IMG/VR virus record: IMGVR_UViG_3300042505_001397 | Reading direction: 5' to 3' (one strand) | Source: an uncultured virus (IMG/VR IMGVR_UViG_3300042505_001397) | Taxonomy: Duplodnaviria; Heunggongvirae; Uroviricota; Caudoviricetes | DNA length: 20,000 bases | Part shown: piece after piece, positions 1 through 8,731 of the stretch | Numbering within the stretch: the stretch's first letter is position 1 | Layout: the number at the start of each line of letters is the position of its first letter | The notes under the pieces: model-generated | The model's database searches: none | The model's input: the letters and a program-made list of their open reading frames with translations, nothing else | Told to the model about the DNA's origin: nothing | Made by a program: the position numbers and the translations under genes

Positions 1-147
1 TACACGGTCTTTCACATCCGGAATTGGTTCTCCGTATACACCTTCAAAGTATTCGTAATAATCGCCTAGACTCTCATAAAAAGCGGCTGCGGCTGCAATT
101 CCGTCCAAACAACCCTTGTGATAAATTACTAACGGTTTATTGCTCAT
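1..147 (-). CDS. DHH-family phosphoesterase (NrnB/DHHA1-like), N-terminal 49 aa, truncated by the window edge
   Basis: Not in the ORF track. Manual translation: MSNKPLVIYHKGCLDGIAAAAAFYESLGDYYEYFEGVYGEPIPDVKDRV. The YHxxCxDG motif followed by a small-residue helix matches DHH motif I. SD AAGGAG lies upstream. Confidence 0.7.
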   Translation of the reverse strand, partial: MSNKPLVIYHKGCLDGIAAAAAFYESLGDYYEYFEGVYGEPIPDVKDRV

Positions 148-163
148 TTGTTTCTCCTTTAAG

Positions 164-187
164 ATAAAAGCCCTCCGTTAAGAGGGC
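164..187 (-). terminator. Intrinsic terminator-like hairpin
   Basis: Minus strand GCCCTC-TTAACG-GAGGGC-TTTTAT in an intergenic gap. Confidence 0.7.
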
Positions 188-195
188 AAGTTGTG

Positions 196-396
196 TCAAT
201 TTGTTTTTGAAACTAAGTCGTATGGATGAGGAAATTTAGGTCCATTTATCAAACCTTCTTTCGTATAAGCCACAAGAACTTTTTTATCATTCATACCCAC
301 AACAGGCTTTTCACCTTCGTAGATATTGATGATTGCAATTCTGGAGCCTGATCTATCCAACCAAGTTTCACCAATTTTTGGATTCATTGTTTTCAT
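196..396 (-). CDS. Hypothetical phage protein, 66 aa
   Basis: ATGA overlap with the upstream gene's stop; fits the operon packing. Confidence 0.7.
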   Translation of the reverse strand: MKTMNPKIGETWLDRSGSRIAIINIYEGEKPVVGMNDKKVLVAYTKEGLINGPKFPHPYDLVSKTN

Positions 397-1307
397 TCGA
401 ATATTGTGTCAATTAATTTAGCCAAATAAAGTTGGTCAATTCTGTCTGACTTATTTTTGTCCAACTCGTGAAGTAAAGTACTCATAAAAACGCTGTCAAC
501 GCCTATGAGCTGTTCTTTCAACACAGCAGGATCATGAAGGTCTATATCATGAGCTTGCCATATCATTTTCAGCATTTGTCCCGCTGTGATTCTCCAACCT
601 CTCGAGATGAATTTTCGTGTTCTGAAAATCGAAGCCAGAGGATATAAACTGCCCTGGTAGATTAATGTTTTGGAAAGCATTGCTTCCAAGGCATCTTGAG
701 GCAACACAAGGTTTCTTGCGTTGTAATCGTAATAACATTTACAGTGAGCAAAGTCATAATTTTCATGTATTTCATTTGGTTCACCGAAGAACCTAATCAC
801 GATTTGGACTCTGTCCTTTAGAGTGATTGCATTGTCTGTGAGAAAGACTGGTCTGTATTTATCTTTCTTATCCCTGACGACACTGATAAGTTCTTCAGCC
901 TCTTCCAGTGCATCGGTTTCACCGACCTCCATAAGAGTCGCTTGTTCAGTCTCTCCGGCCACACCTTGGCTTCTGACAATGATTTTTATGCGATCTTCGT
1001 CAATGCCTTTGATGTTTGTTATCACTGCTTTTTCGACGTGAATGTGCTTTTTAACAATCTCAGACTCCATGTTGCTTTTGTATTTTTCAACATAGTACTC
1101 TGTTGTGGCCAATGCAGTTTCATAATTACGAAAATAGATGTCGTAGTCATTGACTTTTTCGCCCAATAACATTGACGTGATACACCCACCGCTCACGATG
1201 ATGTTTTGTCTCATTAATTCAACGAGCTCTGGATTATCAATTGTCTTCAATAAGTCATCCACTTTATTTCTGATGACCATTTCAATCGTGGACTTTTTCA
1301 TACCCAT
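393..1307 (-). CDS. Nucleotidyltransferase, Pol-beta superfamily (CCA/poly(A)-polymerase head-like)
   Basis: Signature VSGGCITS...VNDYDIYF (GG...DxD) and later NYDFAHCKCYYD resembling the (R)DFTxNA motif; SD AGGAG. Confidence 0.7.
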   Translation of the reverse strand: MGMKKSTIEMVIRNKVDDLLKTIDNPELVELMRQNIIVSGGCITSMLLGEKVNDYDIYFRNYETALATTEYYVEKYKSNMESEIVKKHIHVEKAVITNIKGIDEDRIKIIVRSQGVAGETEQATLMEVGETDALEEAEELISVVRDKKDKYRPVFLTDNAITLKDRVQIVIRFFGEPNEIHENYDFAHCKCYYDYNARNLVLPQDALEAMLSKTLIYQGSLYPLASIFRTRKFISRGWRITAGQMLKMIWQAHDIDLHDPAVLKEQLIGVDSVFMSTLLHELDKNKSDRIDQLYLAKLIDTIFE

Positions 1308-1309
1308 TT

Positions 1310-2632
1310 TTAAATCTCCTTTACAATTTGTTGAATTCTTTCTAATGTGTCTGCTTCATTCTTGTCAAAACGTTCTTCTTCGAACCTCGGACTAAATAAA
1401 GACCAACCCAGTTTTTTATCATTGATCACTTCATTGAATTTAACTGATATGATTGAGTTTAACCATTTCTCCTTATTTGTGTAAATTTCTAATCTTTTTG
1501 CGTCTGTGAATCCGGATACCGCAGCAGACAACTCTCCGCATTCAGACACACACAGCAATGAACCGAACGTGTCAGAGTTCTTACCCGTGCCTGGAAGAAA
1601 ATCCAGAATCCTAAGTTCACACACAGACTCATTCTTGAGCTTGACCTGCTCCTTTGATGTGTGCGATTTCCAAACACCTTCAAGAGTCTTTGCCACCGCA
1701 CCCTCTTTTCCAAGTTTACGTGCTTCTTTGTAAAATTCAATTGCTTCACGATAGCTTGTGACAAGTTGTGTTTCAATCAAAGAAACGTCTTTACAGTAAG
1801 ACACATGATCTCTTAAGCGTGCAAGTCTTGAACGATAAGGTGTGACGGAATATTTGGCTATATACTCGGTTGTGTCCACAATGTCCCAAAGCTTTAAGAT
1901 TGGTTTTTCATTTGCAGCAAACTCACCTCCTTTCATCACATGATTGATCACACCGTTGCCTTCTTTACGAGACAAAATGACACCATCTCTTGTGACTAAA
2001 ATTTCTCCCATCGAAGCTGTGTTTTTTGGGAACTCTCTAAAATACTCGAATTGAATATTCTCGAAAGGTCCATCAGGAAACAATTGACCATTCCTTGTTT
2101 GCATGGCGATGGTTTCATTAAATTTCATGATGTTGCAAAACAGTCCATCTGCCTTTTCTTGCACAAAAATACCTCTTTTCCAATCCCAATTTTCAAGATT
2201 CACTTCGCTCGGTAAGGAGCATCGCATATATGGGAATTCAGGTATTGTACCCTTTCTTGCCTTGTTGATGGATTTTACGTCAAAACCTGCTTTCAAATCC
2301 TTGTTCAAAATTCTTAGCAATAATTGGCGAGAGTTACACGAGAGCCTTTCAAGCTCTTTTGATATAGCATCTCTTGCAGCATTTCCTGTCAGTTCTCTCT
2401 TTTGCAAAGCTCTCAAGAGAGATTTTGTTTCAGAGTTAAATTTACCTGCATTTCCTACAACAGGTAGCAGCACATTTTTGACACCAAATGTGATGAATGG
2501 ATCGTAAGCTTTCCTGATGACGTCCAGAAAGAATTCATCCTTCATCAGCTCTTTGAGATATTCAATCTTGGAATTCTTGCTCGGTTCTTCGGCCAATTGT
2601 GACAGAACCAAAAACACTTCATCACTCCCCAT
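1310..2632 (-). CDS. lig: ATP-dependent DNA ligase (T4 gp30-like, with N-terminal DNA-binding domain)
   Basis: Motif I QEKADG, motif III MGEIL, IIIa LWDIV, IV EGAVAK, V VKLK, VI LFSPRF. Start placed at ATG 2632 behind GGAG. Confidence 0.93.
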   Translation of the reverse strand: MGSDEVFLVLSQLAEEPSKNSKIEYLKELMKDEFFLDVIRKAYDPFITFGVKNVLLPVVGNAGKFNSETKSLLRALQKRELTGNAARDAISKELERLSCNSRQLLLRILNKDLKAGFDVKSINKARKGTIPEFPYMRCSLPSEVNLENWDWKRGIFVQEKADGLFCNIMKFNETIAMQTRNGQLFPDGPFENIQFEYFREFPKNTASMGEILVTRDGVILSRKEGNGVINHVMKGGEFAANEKPILKLWDIVDTTEYIAKYSVTPYRSRLARLRDHVSYCKDVSLIETQLVTSYREAIEFYKEARKLGKEGAVAKTLEGVWKSHTSKEQVKLKNESVCELRILDFLPGTGKNSDTFGSLLCVSECGELSAAVSGFTDAKRLEIYTNKEKWLNSIISVKFNEVINDKKLGWSLFSPRFEEERFDKNEADTLERIQQIVKEI

Positions 2633-2634
2633 TT

Positions 2635-2844
2635 TCACTCCCAATTAGGTTCAACATATGTGTAAAAATCACCATTCTCAAAGGCTTTACTGAGTTCCGC
2701 TTGAATTTTCATTGTTTCAATATTTTTTAAATGATTTAAAATACTACTTGCAATTACAAAAGAAGCACCGCCCAATACTTTGTCGATCTCATATTTTTTG
2801 ATGAGATCTTCTAACTCTTTCCTAAACTCAGGATCGTTGATCAT
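2635..2844 (-). CDS. Hypothetical protein, 69 aa
   Basis: ATGA coupling to the upstream gene, SD GGAG. Confidence 0.7.
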   Translation of the reverse strand: MINDPEFRKELEDLIKKYEIDKVLGGASFVIASSILNHLKNIETMKIQAELSKAFENGDFYTYVEPNWE

Positions 2845-3194
2845 AGTGTTTTGAACTCCACCTTAGGTTCTTCCGCTTTATATTCTCCGATCACTGTGTA
2901 AATCAACACAGACTTGCCGGGATTGATCATTGCCAATCTTCTGGCTTCTGTGTCCGCAGCAAGCCTTGACCTGTGAACTTTTGTTGGAAGACCTTTTCCT
3001 ATGACTTCCAATAAGTATCTGTGGTTATCAATTTCAGCTGACATTTCTTTTTCCTTATAAATGAATTTGCAATTTGTGTAATCGGATGTAAAAGGGCAAT
3101 TCTCCATCAATTCACAACCATCACATGAACCCTCTATTTCTTCTTTCACTGGTGTGTACAATTTACCTTTCACCATGATTTCATTTTCTAGCAT
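2841..3194 (-). CDS. Hypothetical protein with N-terminal Cys-rich mini-domain
   Basis: Start reassigned to ATG 3194 (SD GGAG); CxxC...C...C pattern (SCDGCELMENC...NCKFIYKE). Confidence 0.7.
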   Translation of the reverse strand: MLENEIMVKGKLYTPVKEEIEGSCDGCELMENCPFTSDYTNCKFIYKEKEMSAEIDNHRYLLEVIGKGLPTKVHRSRLAADTEARRLAMINPGKSVLIYTVIGEYKAEEPKVEFKTL

Positions 3195-3357
3195 GTTCTT
3201 CTCCAACCTTTTTGTAAATTACGTCAGAATCATCTCGACATTTTAGATCTTCAATGGGTCGACAATCCTTATCGCGTAAGTCGCACATAACACAGTTGCA
3301 GCGATTGTCAACCACAGCCTTGTATGTAACGCCCTCAAATAAGATTTTATGTGCCAT
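3181..3357 (-). CDS. Small Cys-rich protein, 58 aa (below the ORF-track cutoff)
   Basis: Manual translation: MAHKILFEGVTYKAVVDNRCNCVMCDLRDKDCRPIEDLKCRDDSDVIYKKVGEEHARK. SD AAGGA; fills the gap after the hairpin. Confidence 0.75.
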   Translation of the reverse strand: MAHKILFEGVTYKAVVDNRCNCVMCDLRDKDCRPIEDLKCRDDSDVIYKKVGEEHARK

Positions 3358-3374
3358 ATTTGTTCCTTTTCAAA

Positions 3375-3402
3375 ATAAAAGGGATACACCGAAATGTATC
3401 CC
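3375..3402 (-). terminator. Intrinsic terminator-like hairpin with UUCG loop
   Basis: GGGATACAT-TTCG-GTGTATCCC-TTTTATTTT. Confidence 0.8.
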
Positions 3403-3410
3403 ATATTGTG

Positions 3411-3803
3411 TTACTCAGGTTTTTGCACAAAACCCAAAATGCCTTCTGCTCTTCGAGCCAAATCGAAGAAATTGTTTCTCACAAAGTCACTGCAACCACT
3501 CACATCAGTGCCAATTGCAACATCCTTAATTGCGGCCAAACCCTCCATGATTGCTTTGTTAGACCTAATTCCATTTTGCAAGAAAGCGATGTCTGCATTC
3601 AAAGACTCTTTAACGGCTTCAGATTGCAAAGAGCTCTGTTGCACCGCAGTCAACATGAACAGCAAAGGTTCACCCATGTTGTCTTTGATGACTGTGTTGA
3701 TATATTCCAAGTCAGCTCTTGCCTCATCATTGTCAAAACGGTTTTCGACTGATGCTTCTTGAATTTCAACTGTATTTTCTTCAACCACTACTTCTTGATT
3801 CAT
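3411..3803 (-). CDS. Hypothetical acidic protein, 130 aa
   Basis: SD GGGAG, operon packing, followed by a terminator. Confidence 0.75.
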   Translation of the reverse strand: MNQEVVVEENTVEIQEASVENRFDNDEARADLEYINTVIKDNMGEPLLFMLTAVQQSSLQSEAVKESLNADIAFLQNGIRSNKAIMEGLAAIKDVAIGTDVSGCSDFVRNNFFDLARRAEGILGFVQKPE

Positions 3804-3813
3804 TTTAACTCCC

Positions 3814-4119
3814 TTATTGGATTTGATTTTGGATGTACAATGCTTGTTTCAGTAAGTAGCCTTCTAAAGGCCATACTTTCTTGACGGCATCTGCTTTTGA
3901 ATATTTTCTTCCAAGTTCTGCTCTGAAATTTGCAGGATCAGCGCAAGCCGACTCACCTCTCACGGTGAAACCATTTTGCAGTGTCAAAATACAAATTGTC
4001 AAGGTACCGCCTTCGTGATATAGATACTCTTCTTTCACGATTTTCTTTGCAATACTTTCTTCAGTGACTCTGTTGTCATTTAATCCAAAGTCTTTTGCAT
4101 CTTTTTCGAAATCACTCAT
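3814..4119 (-). CDS. Phage N4 Gp49 / Sf6 Gp66 family protein
   Basis: Characteristic TICILTLQNGFTVRGESACADPANF...G...A...VWPLEGYLLK. Confidence 0.85.
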   Translation of the reverse strand: MSDFEKDAKDFGLNDNRVTEESIAKKIVKEEYLYHEGGTLTICILTLQNGFTVRGESACADPANFRAELGRKYSKADAVKKVWPLEGYLLKQALYIQNQIQ

Positions 4120-4131
4120 TTTATTTTTCCT

Positions 4132-5019
4132 TTATTTAATTGGGCAAATGCCACTTGCACATTCATCATTTGACTCGTAATCAATGTTTCCGGTCAGTGA
4201 TGAGATGATTTTTGTTTCACTCACAAGGTCATTGAATTGTTCTTCTGTAATCTCTTCATAAGGAGCTTGAGCGAACCCATGATCGGAATGCAATAAGAAT
4301 GACAATGATTTGTGATTATGCTTGTAGTTTTCTTTTAGATATTGTTTGATATCTTCAAGCTCTTCTTTGCGATAATACACTGTACAGCTCACGCTGTTGT
4401 CGGACCAGATTGTTTGAAGCTTCTTAATCATTTTCAACTGATCAATTGCAGTCATGTCTTTGGCCAACACGGTGCCTTCTGGATAACTGAAAGGAAATGT
4501 CACCACCACTGTGTTATAATCTTCAGAACCATCAAAGTTCTTCACGAATTCCACGGGATAGCCATTTTCCTTGCACACACCTACCAAAGGATGTGATGCA
4601 GCAATACGTATTCTTCTGTACATATACTGAGCATATGCAGGATGAATACCTGGAGTCACGCCTGGAAGTAGTGACAGTGTGCCTGATGGTTTAACGGTGG
4701 TCAGCTTAATTGACCGATTCATGTTGTTTTCTTCCGAATATTCTTCATCAAATATTCTCAAGAACTCATAACATTCATCCAGCCATTCAATTTGCTCTTC
4801 AGTTGCTTGAAGAATACCCGTGACACCGATGCCCATTCTCATGTTCTTGTGAACAATGTGCTCTGTTTCTCTGTTGTGAGAAGGTAGAAGCAATGAATGT
4901 TTGTTAATGCGATATAGCAATTGAGCCACATCAAACAACTCTTCTTTCGACTCAATATTTGGTAAAAAGATTTCTGCCAAACAGCATGTTTCAAAATTTA
5001 CCAATGATTGCTCTGCACA
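4132..5019 (-). CDS. nrdJ: Class II (adenosylcobalamin) ribonucleotide reductase, exon 2
   Basis: Begins with CAEQ (thiyl Cys and Glu); TTVKPSGTLSLL; WSDNSVSCTV; QAPYEEIT; C-terminal CASGICP redox pair. Confidence 0.92.
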   Translation of the reverse strand, partial: CAEQSLVNFETCCLAEIFLPNIESKEELFDVAQLLYRINKHSLLLPSHNRETEHIVHKNMRMGIGVTGILQATEEQIEWLDECYEFLRIFDEEYSEENNMNRSIKLTTVKPSGTLSLLPGVTPGIHPAYAQYMYRRIRIAASHPLVGVCKENGYPVEFVKNFDGSEDYNTVVVTFPFSYPEGTVLAKDMTAIDQLKMIKKLQTIWSDNSVSCTVYYRKEELEDIKQYLKENYKHNHKSLSFLLHSDHGFAQAPYEEITEEQFNDLVSETKIISSLTGNIDYESNDECASGICPIK

Positions 5020-5842
5020 CATTTTGTTACTCGATAAATCGAGGGTTGAATATTTCTATCAACCTCTATATATTACTATATAGTTCAGACTATATCATCA
5101 TCCATCTCTGGAGCTTATCGTCCGATTTTATAATAAAAGCTTTCAAATATAAAAGGATGAACAAGTGCTTCAAACTGTTTGTTAAAATGTTTTGGAAGCG
5201 TCAATCCATATTTATTTGTGGCTTGCTTTTCCACATTAAATTGGATGTTTAGTTTTTCTTTTATAGCGCCCGCTAACTGATAATTATCACCATAACTAAA
5301 TCCGTTTGTATGCAATCTATAAAGAGGACTTTCCTCACCAGATGCTAAGATTATCTTTTTTCTGCTACCATCTGCCATTAATATTATGGCCAAGGCTTCT
5401 GCATCTAAAAGTGTTAGCATATGAGGTTCTATTACTTTTTTACCTTCTAAATAAATTCTGTTTCGTATTTTAGTTAATTTAGGGTGCGCTTTAGATTGTA
5501 CACGAATTTGTTGTCGTCTATTACAACCATCATGTATATTCAAAGCTGGTTCCCAAATTTTATAGCCTATTTCAGCTGCTTCTAAAGTAAGAGCTACTTC
5601 ATGTATGTAATCACTATTTTCCTTTATCATTGTGACTGATAGTCGGGAATTGTGGTTTTCACCCCGTTTATCTAAGTATCCATCAAATGTTGAAAAGTAA
5701 TATAATCTCTTACTAATGTCTTTATTATTAATCATAGTCGTTGCACCTCTTTAATTAAAGTTGGCACAGGATTGCCTAATAGGTTTCCCTGTTTTTAGAT
5801 AAGTTTTCTATACTAATTACTCAGTATAGCCCCAATGCATTT
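5020..5842 (-). mobile_element. Group I intron (IA2, td-like) in nrdJ, 823 nt
   Basis: P1 UAUAACCCU/GGGGCUAUA with U-G at the splice site; P2 with GUAA loop; P3 CUUAUC/GAUAAG; P7 ACGACUA/UAGUCU; P8 with GAGA loop; P9 CUAUAUA-GUAA-UAUAUAG; ends ACAAAAUG. Removal restores YNP|CAE in frame (642 aa). Confidence 0.93.
5115..5735 (-). CDS. Intron-encoded LAGLIDADG homing endonuclease (two-motif, I-SceI/LAGLIDADG_2-like)
   Basis: Motifs YFSTFDG and ALAIILMADG; LHTNGFS; C-terminal FEALVHPFIFESFYYKI resembling the I-SceI C-terminus. Confidence 0.82.
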   Translation of the reverse strand: MINNKDISKRLYYFSTFDGYLDKRGENHNSRLSVTMIKENSDYIHEVALTLEAAEIGYKIWEPALNIHDGCNRRQQIRVQSKAHPKLTKIRNRIYLEGKKVIEPHMLTLLDAEALAIILMADGSRKKIILASGEESPLYRLHTNGFSYGDNYQLAGAIKEKLNIQFNVEKQATNKYGLTLPKHFNKQFEALVHPFIFESFYYKIGR

Positions 5843-6883
5843 AGGGTTATAACCTTCTACGTCTGGATCTGGGTACTCAAATTCTCCAAGTCTACCCATT
5901 TTACGTGAAAGATTCAGGTTAATAAGGCCATAGGGTTCAGAACCTCCTTCATAACCTCTCCAGAAATACTCATGCAAGTCATCGATATCATCACATATTA
6001 CACTGTTATTGCTCATTGCACGATATGATGGTATATTTCCCATGCTCCAGTTTTTCGCCAGTAAATACTCAACGTCATCGGGATCACCAATTGCAATTTG
6101 AGCACTTCTACGGACGTTACCTGCAACAATGATTGCGCCAATGATATTCATCATGTCCAATGCATCGACGGGTCTTATTTGTTTACCTCGTTTCTTTTCA
6201 AGTATTTTAGATATTTCCCCAATGCCCCAACATAGGTCTTCTGGCCCACTTGCAACGCCTCCAAAGCCCTTGATAGGTGTGCCTTTACCTCTAATCGCTT
6301 GCGTTGAATATGTGAATGTTCCATTGTCCTCTGTCTCACTCAAAAATGCCGATTTCAAAACTTTGCCCAAGAACTTTACCCAACCTTCTCTTGAGTCAGG
6401 GATGATGAAATCTGCACCACCGTTGTCAATTCTTGTCGGAGCTTTGAACCACTCTTTGACTGCAGGCAATTTCTCCACATTCTTTCTCTGAATGTTGAAA
6501 CCCACTCCACTTCCAAGAGCCAACATGTCCATTGCCCATGTGAATGGTCTCACTGGATTGTCGATGGTCACAAAAGCACAATTTTGCAATGAAGCCAACC
6601 CATACCTGTTCACGGTTGCTGTACCAGCTTGCCACCAATAGCGACCTGCTACAGAGCCTTTTAAACCCAATAAATGTGAAGCCAGTCGATATTCTTCGTC
6701 CTTGGTAAATCCACAGCCAAATTGTTCATCACACGCATTGATCACACGCAGCACTGTGTCAGGAAACTCTTCAGTTTCTTCTGAGACCTCATTGAGCTTT
6801 CTTGCATAAGTTCTTTTGTAAGTCAAGTATCCAACCGTTGACCACGGGGTTTCAATCTTCGGCAATTCTTCTTTTGTCAACAT
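5843..6883 (-). CDS. nrdJ: Class II ribonucleotide reductase (monomeric RTPR-like), exon 1
   Basis: TYKRTYAR, LQNCAF, LGSGVGF, DSREGW, IKGFGGVASGP, VAGNVRRSA, RAMSNNS; ends EGYNP. Confidence 0.92.
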
Positions 6884-6894
6884 TTTTGTTCCTT

Positions 6895-8517
6895 TTAGTT
6901 AATAGAAGTGAAGTCATCTTCATTTGGAGCCTCAATCATTCTTCCAGTTTCATGTACGTAAAACAAATCTCCACATGGACCAGTTTGACCTGTTGTACGC
7001 GCCTTAAGTACAGAAGTGTGTACTGTGTTTCTTTCATTCTCGGTCTCGGCAGCCATATTTCTTGCAAAGGCTATGATGTCATAACTAATTTGTTTAATAG
7101 AGCCTGAACCTTTAATATCATCCAACGATGGTAATCTACCTTCCTCAAATGATCTACCACCGCTTGGAGCTTTTCTCAAATGAGATACCAAGCCAATCCA
7201 CACAGGATGTTTCTGAACAATTCTTGATAAATCATTCATCATCTTATCTTGTGCCTCATTGCCTGTCAAATCCGCGACACCTTCAGAAACCAAGATTGTT
7301 ATGTGATCTATGAATACATATCTGCAGCCAACTAAGCACATATAAACAATCTTGTCCAGAATCGAGCCATCCGTGAAGTTGCCTTCATGGTTAAGAAGCA
7401 CGACTCTGTTATTACCGAAGACCTCATCAAAACCCTCTCGCAGTTCTTCCAATGGTATTTCTTCGTTTTCAGGGTTTCTGCTGATTGCCATACTGGCAAG
7501 CTTAGAACCTGTTTCAGCAGGTGTCTCTTCCAACGATATGATGCCAATTTTATCTTCTGTTATGGCTAAGTCATTTAACATTATCTCCCTTAATAGTGTT
7601 GATTTACCCGATCCTGTACCGGATATAAATAAGGTTATCTCATTTAGCCTTTGACCCTTAAGCTTCTTATTTATCCTGGCCATACATACAGGGTATGGTG
7701 TTGCAGGTATTTTATTACGCTCTTCGATAGCCTTCCAGATCTCATCTGGGGTTATGATCCCAGACGGTACATATGGTGCTGCATCAAATATGACTTGTAA
7801 TAACTTATTACCGCCCAGTTCAAGAAGAATTTTGTTCGGATCCTTGAGCGGTAACTTGGCTATTTTGACTTTGTCGATGCCAATGATCTTGATCGCCTCT
7901 TCAGTGGCTTTTTGACCAGCTTCGTCAGAATCAAGACACAACACGACTTCATTGAAAGACCTGATCCAATCACGATGTTCAATCAGGGACTTAGACATAA
8001 CTGCAGATGACATGCCGACCACTGGATAAATCTTTTTGTATTTATCCAGGGAAGCTTGTGCAACAGACATTGCATCAATTTCACCTTCCGTGATTATGAG
8101 TCTTCGACCCGCACCGTTGAATTTGTCTCTGCCGAATAAGTCATCAGATTTATTTACCCAACTGAATGCCTTTGGAAGCTTACGTATTTTGTAAGCTCTG
8201 TCTTTGTCATATGGATAATAATGGGTGTCAATCTCACCGTTTTCTCCGTATGCAACCTTGACTCCAAAGAATTCCGTCACATCTTTTGAAATGTCACGCT
8301 CGGCAAAGCCTCTACACGGAAGCTCTTTTATGTCATCAATTGTCAACTTTTTTGAATATTCTTTCTTGTGTTCCACATAATCCTCATGATCTTGCCTTGG
8401 AAAGAATGATTGGCAAGAGAAGCAGAAAGAAGTGCCGTCTTCATATATCTGACGAGCATCTGACGATCCACAACTCTTACTCAAACAAGGTTGATCTTTT
8501 ACGACCACCTTACCCAT
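6895..8517 (-). CDS. DNA primase-helicase (T7 gp4-like)
   Basis: N-terminal Zn finger (C...CGSSD...CFSC), TOPRIM TEGEIDAMS and DSD, Walker A GTGSGKST, FIDHI, VSHLRK, DIKGSGSIKQ. Confidence 0.95.
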   Translation of the reverse strand: MGKVVVKDQPCLSKSCGSSDARQIYEDGTSFCFSCQSFFPRQDHEDYVEHKKEYSKKLTIDDIKELPCRGFAERDISKDVTEFFGVKVAYGENGEIDTHYYPYDKDRAYKIRKLPKAFSWVNKSDDLFGRDKFNGAGRRLIITEGEIDAMSVAQASLDKYKKIYPVVGMSSAVMSKSLIEHRDWIRSFNEVVLCLDSDEAGQKATEEAIKIIGIDKVKIAKLPLKDPNKILLELGGNKLLQVIFDAAPYVPSGIITPDEIWKAIEERNKIPATPYPVCMARINKKLKGQRLNEITLFISGTGSGKSTLLREIMLNDLAITEDKIGIISLEETPAETGSKLASMAISRNPENEEIPLEELREGFDEVFGNNRVVLLNHEGNFTDGSILDKIVYMCLVGCRYVFIDHITILVSEGVADLTGNEAQDKMMNDLSRIVQKHPVWIGLVSHLRKAPSGGRSFEEGRLPSLDDIKGSGSIKQISYDIIAFARNMAAETENERNTVHTSVLKARTTGQTGPCGDLFYVHETGRMIEAPNEDDFTSIN

Positions 8518-8730
8518 TTATCTGATGCCTTTTCTTTCATAATTTTTATCAAGCACTGCCAACAGAAATTTTATGATGCAGCCATAAAGCACAACAAGCC
8601 CTATATAATCTTGTGTACCATACTCCACTAGCGCATACAAATGTTCTCCCATTTTATATAAAGTATGTAATAACAAGCCAACAAATCCTAGCACTGACAA
8701 AGATGTTGCAGTAATCAAGTGTTTTTTCAT
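8518..8730 (-). CDS. Small membrane protein, about 2 TM segments
   Basis: Two hydrophobic stretches, SD AGGAG, abuts both neighbours. Confidence 0.65.
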   Translation of the reverse strand: MKKHLITATSLSVLGFVGLLLHTLYKMGEHLYALVEYGTQDYIGLVVLYGCIIKFLLAVLDKNYERKGIR

Positions 8731-8731
8731 T

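Noticed and set aside
4132..6883. Two-subunit nrdJa/nrdJb starting at ATG 5022
   Set aside because: That ATG is the intron 3' end (terminal G at 5020), and the break falls inside the NPCxE motif.
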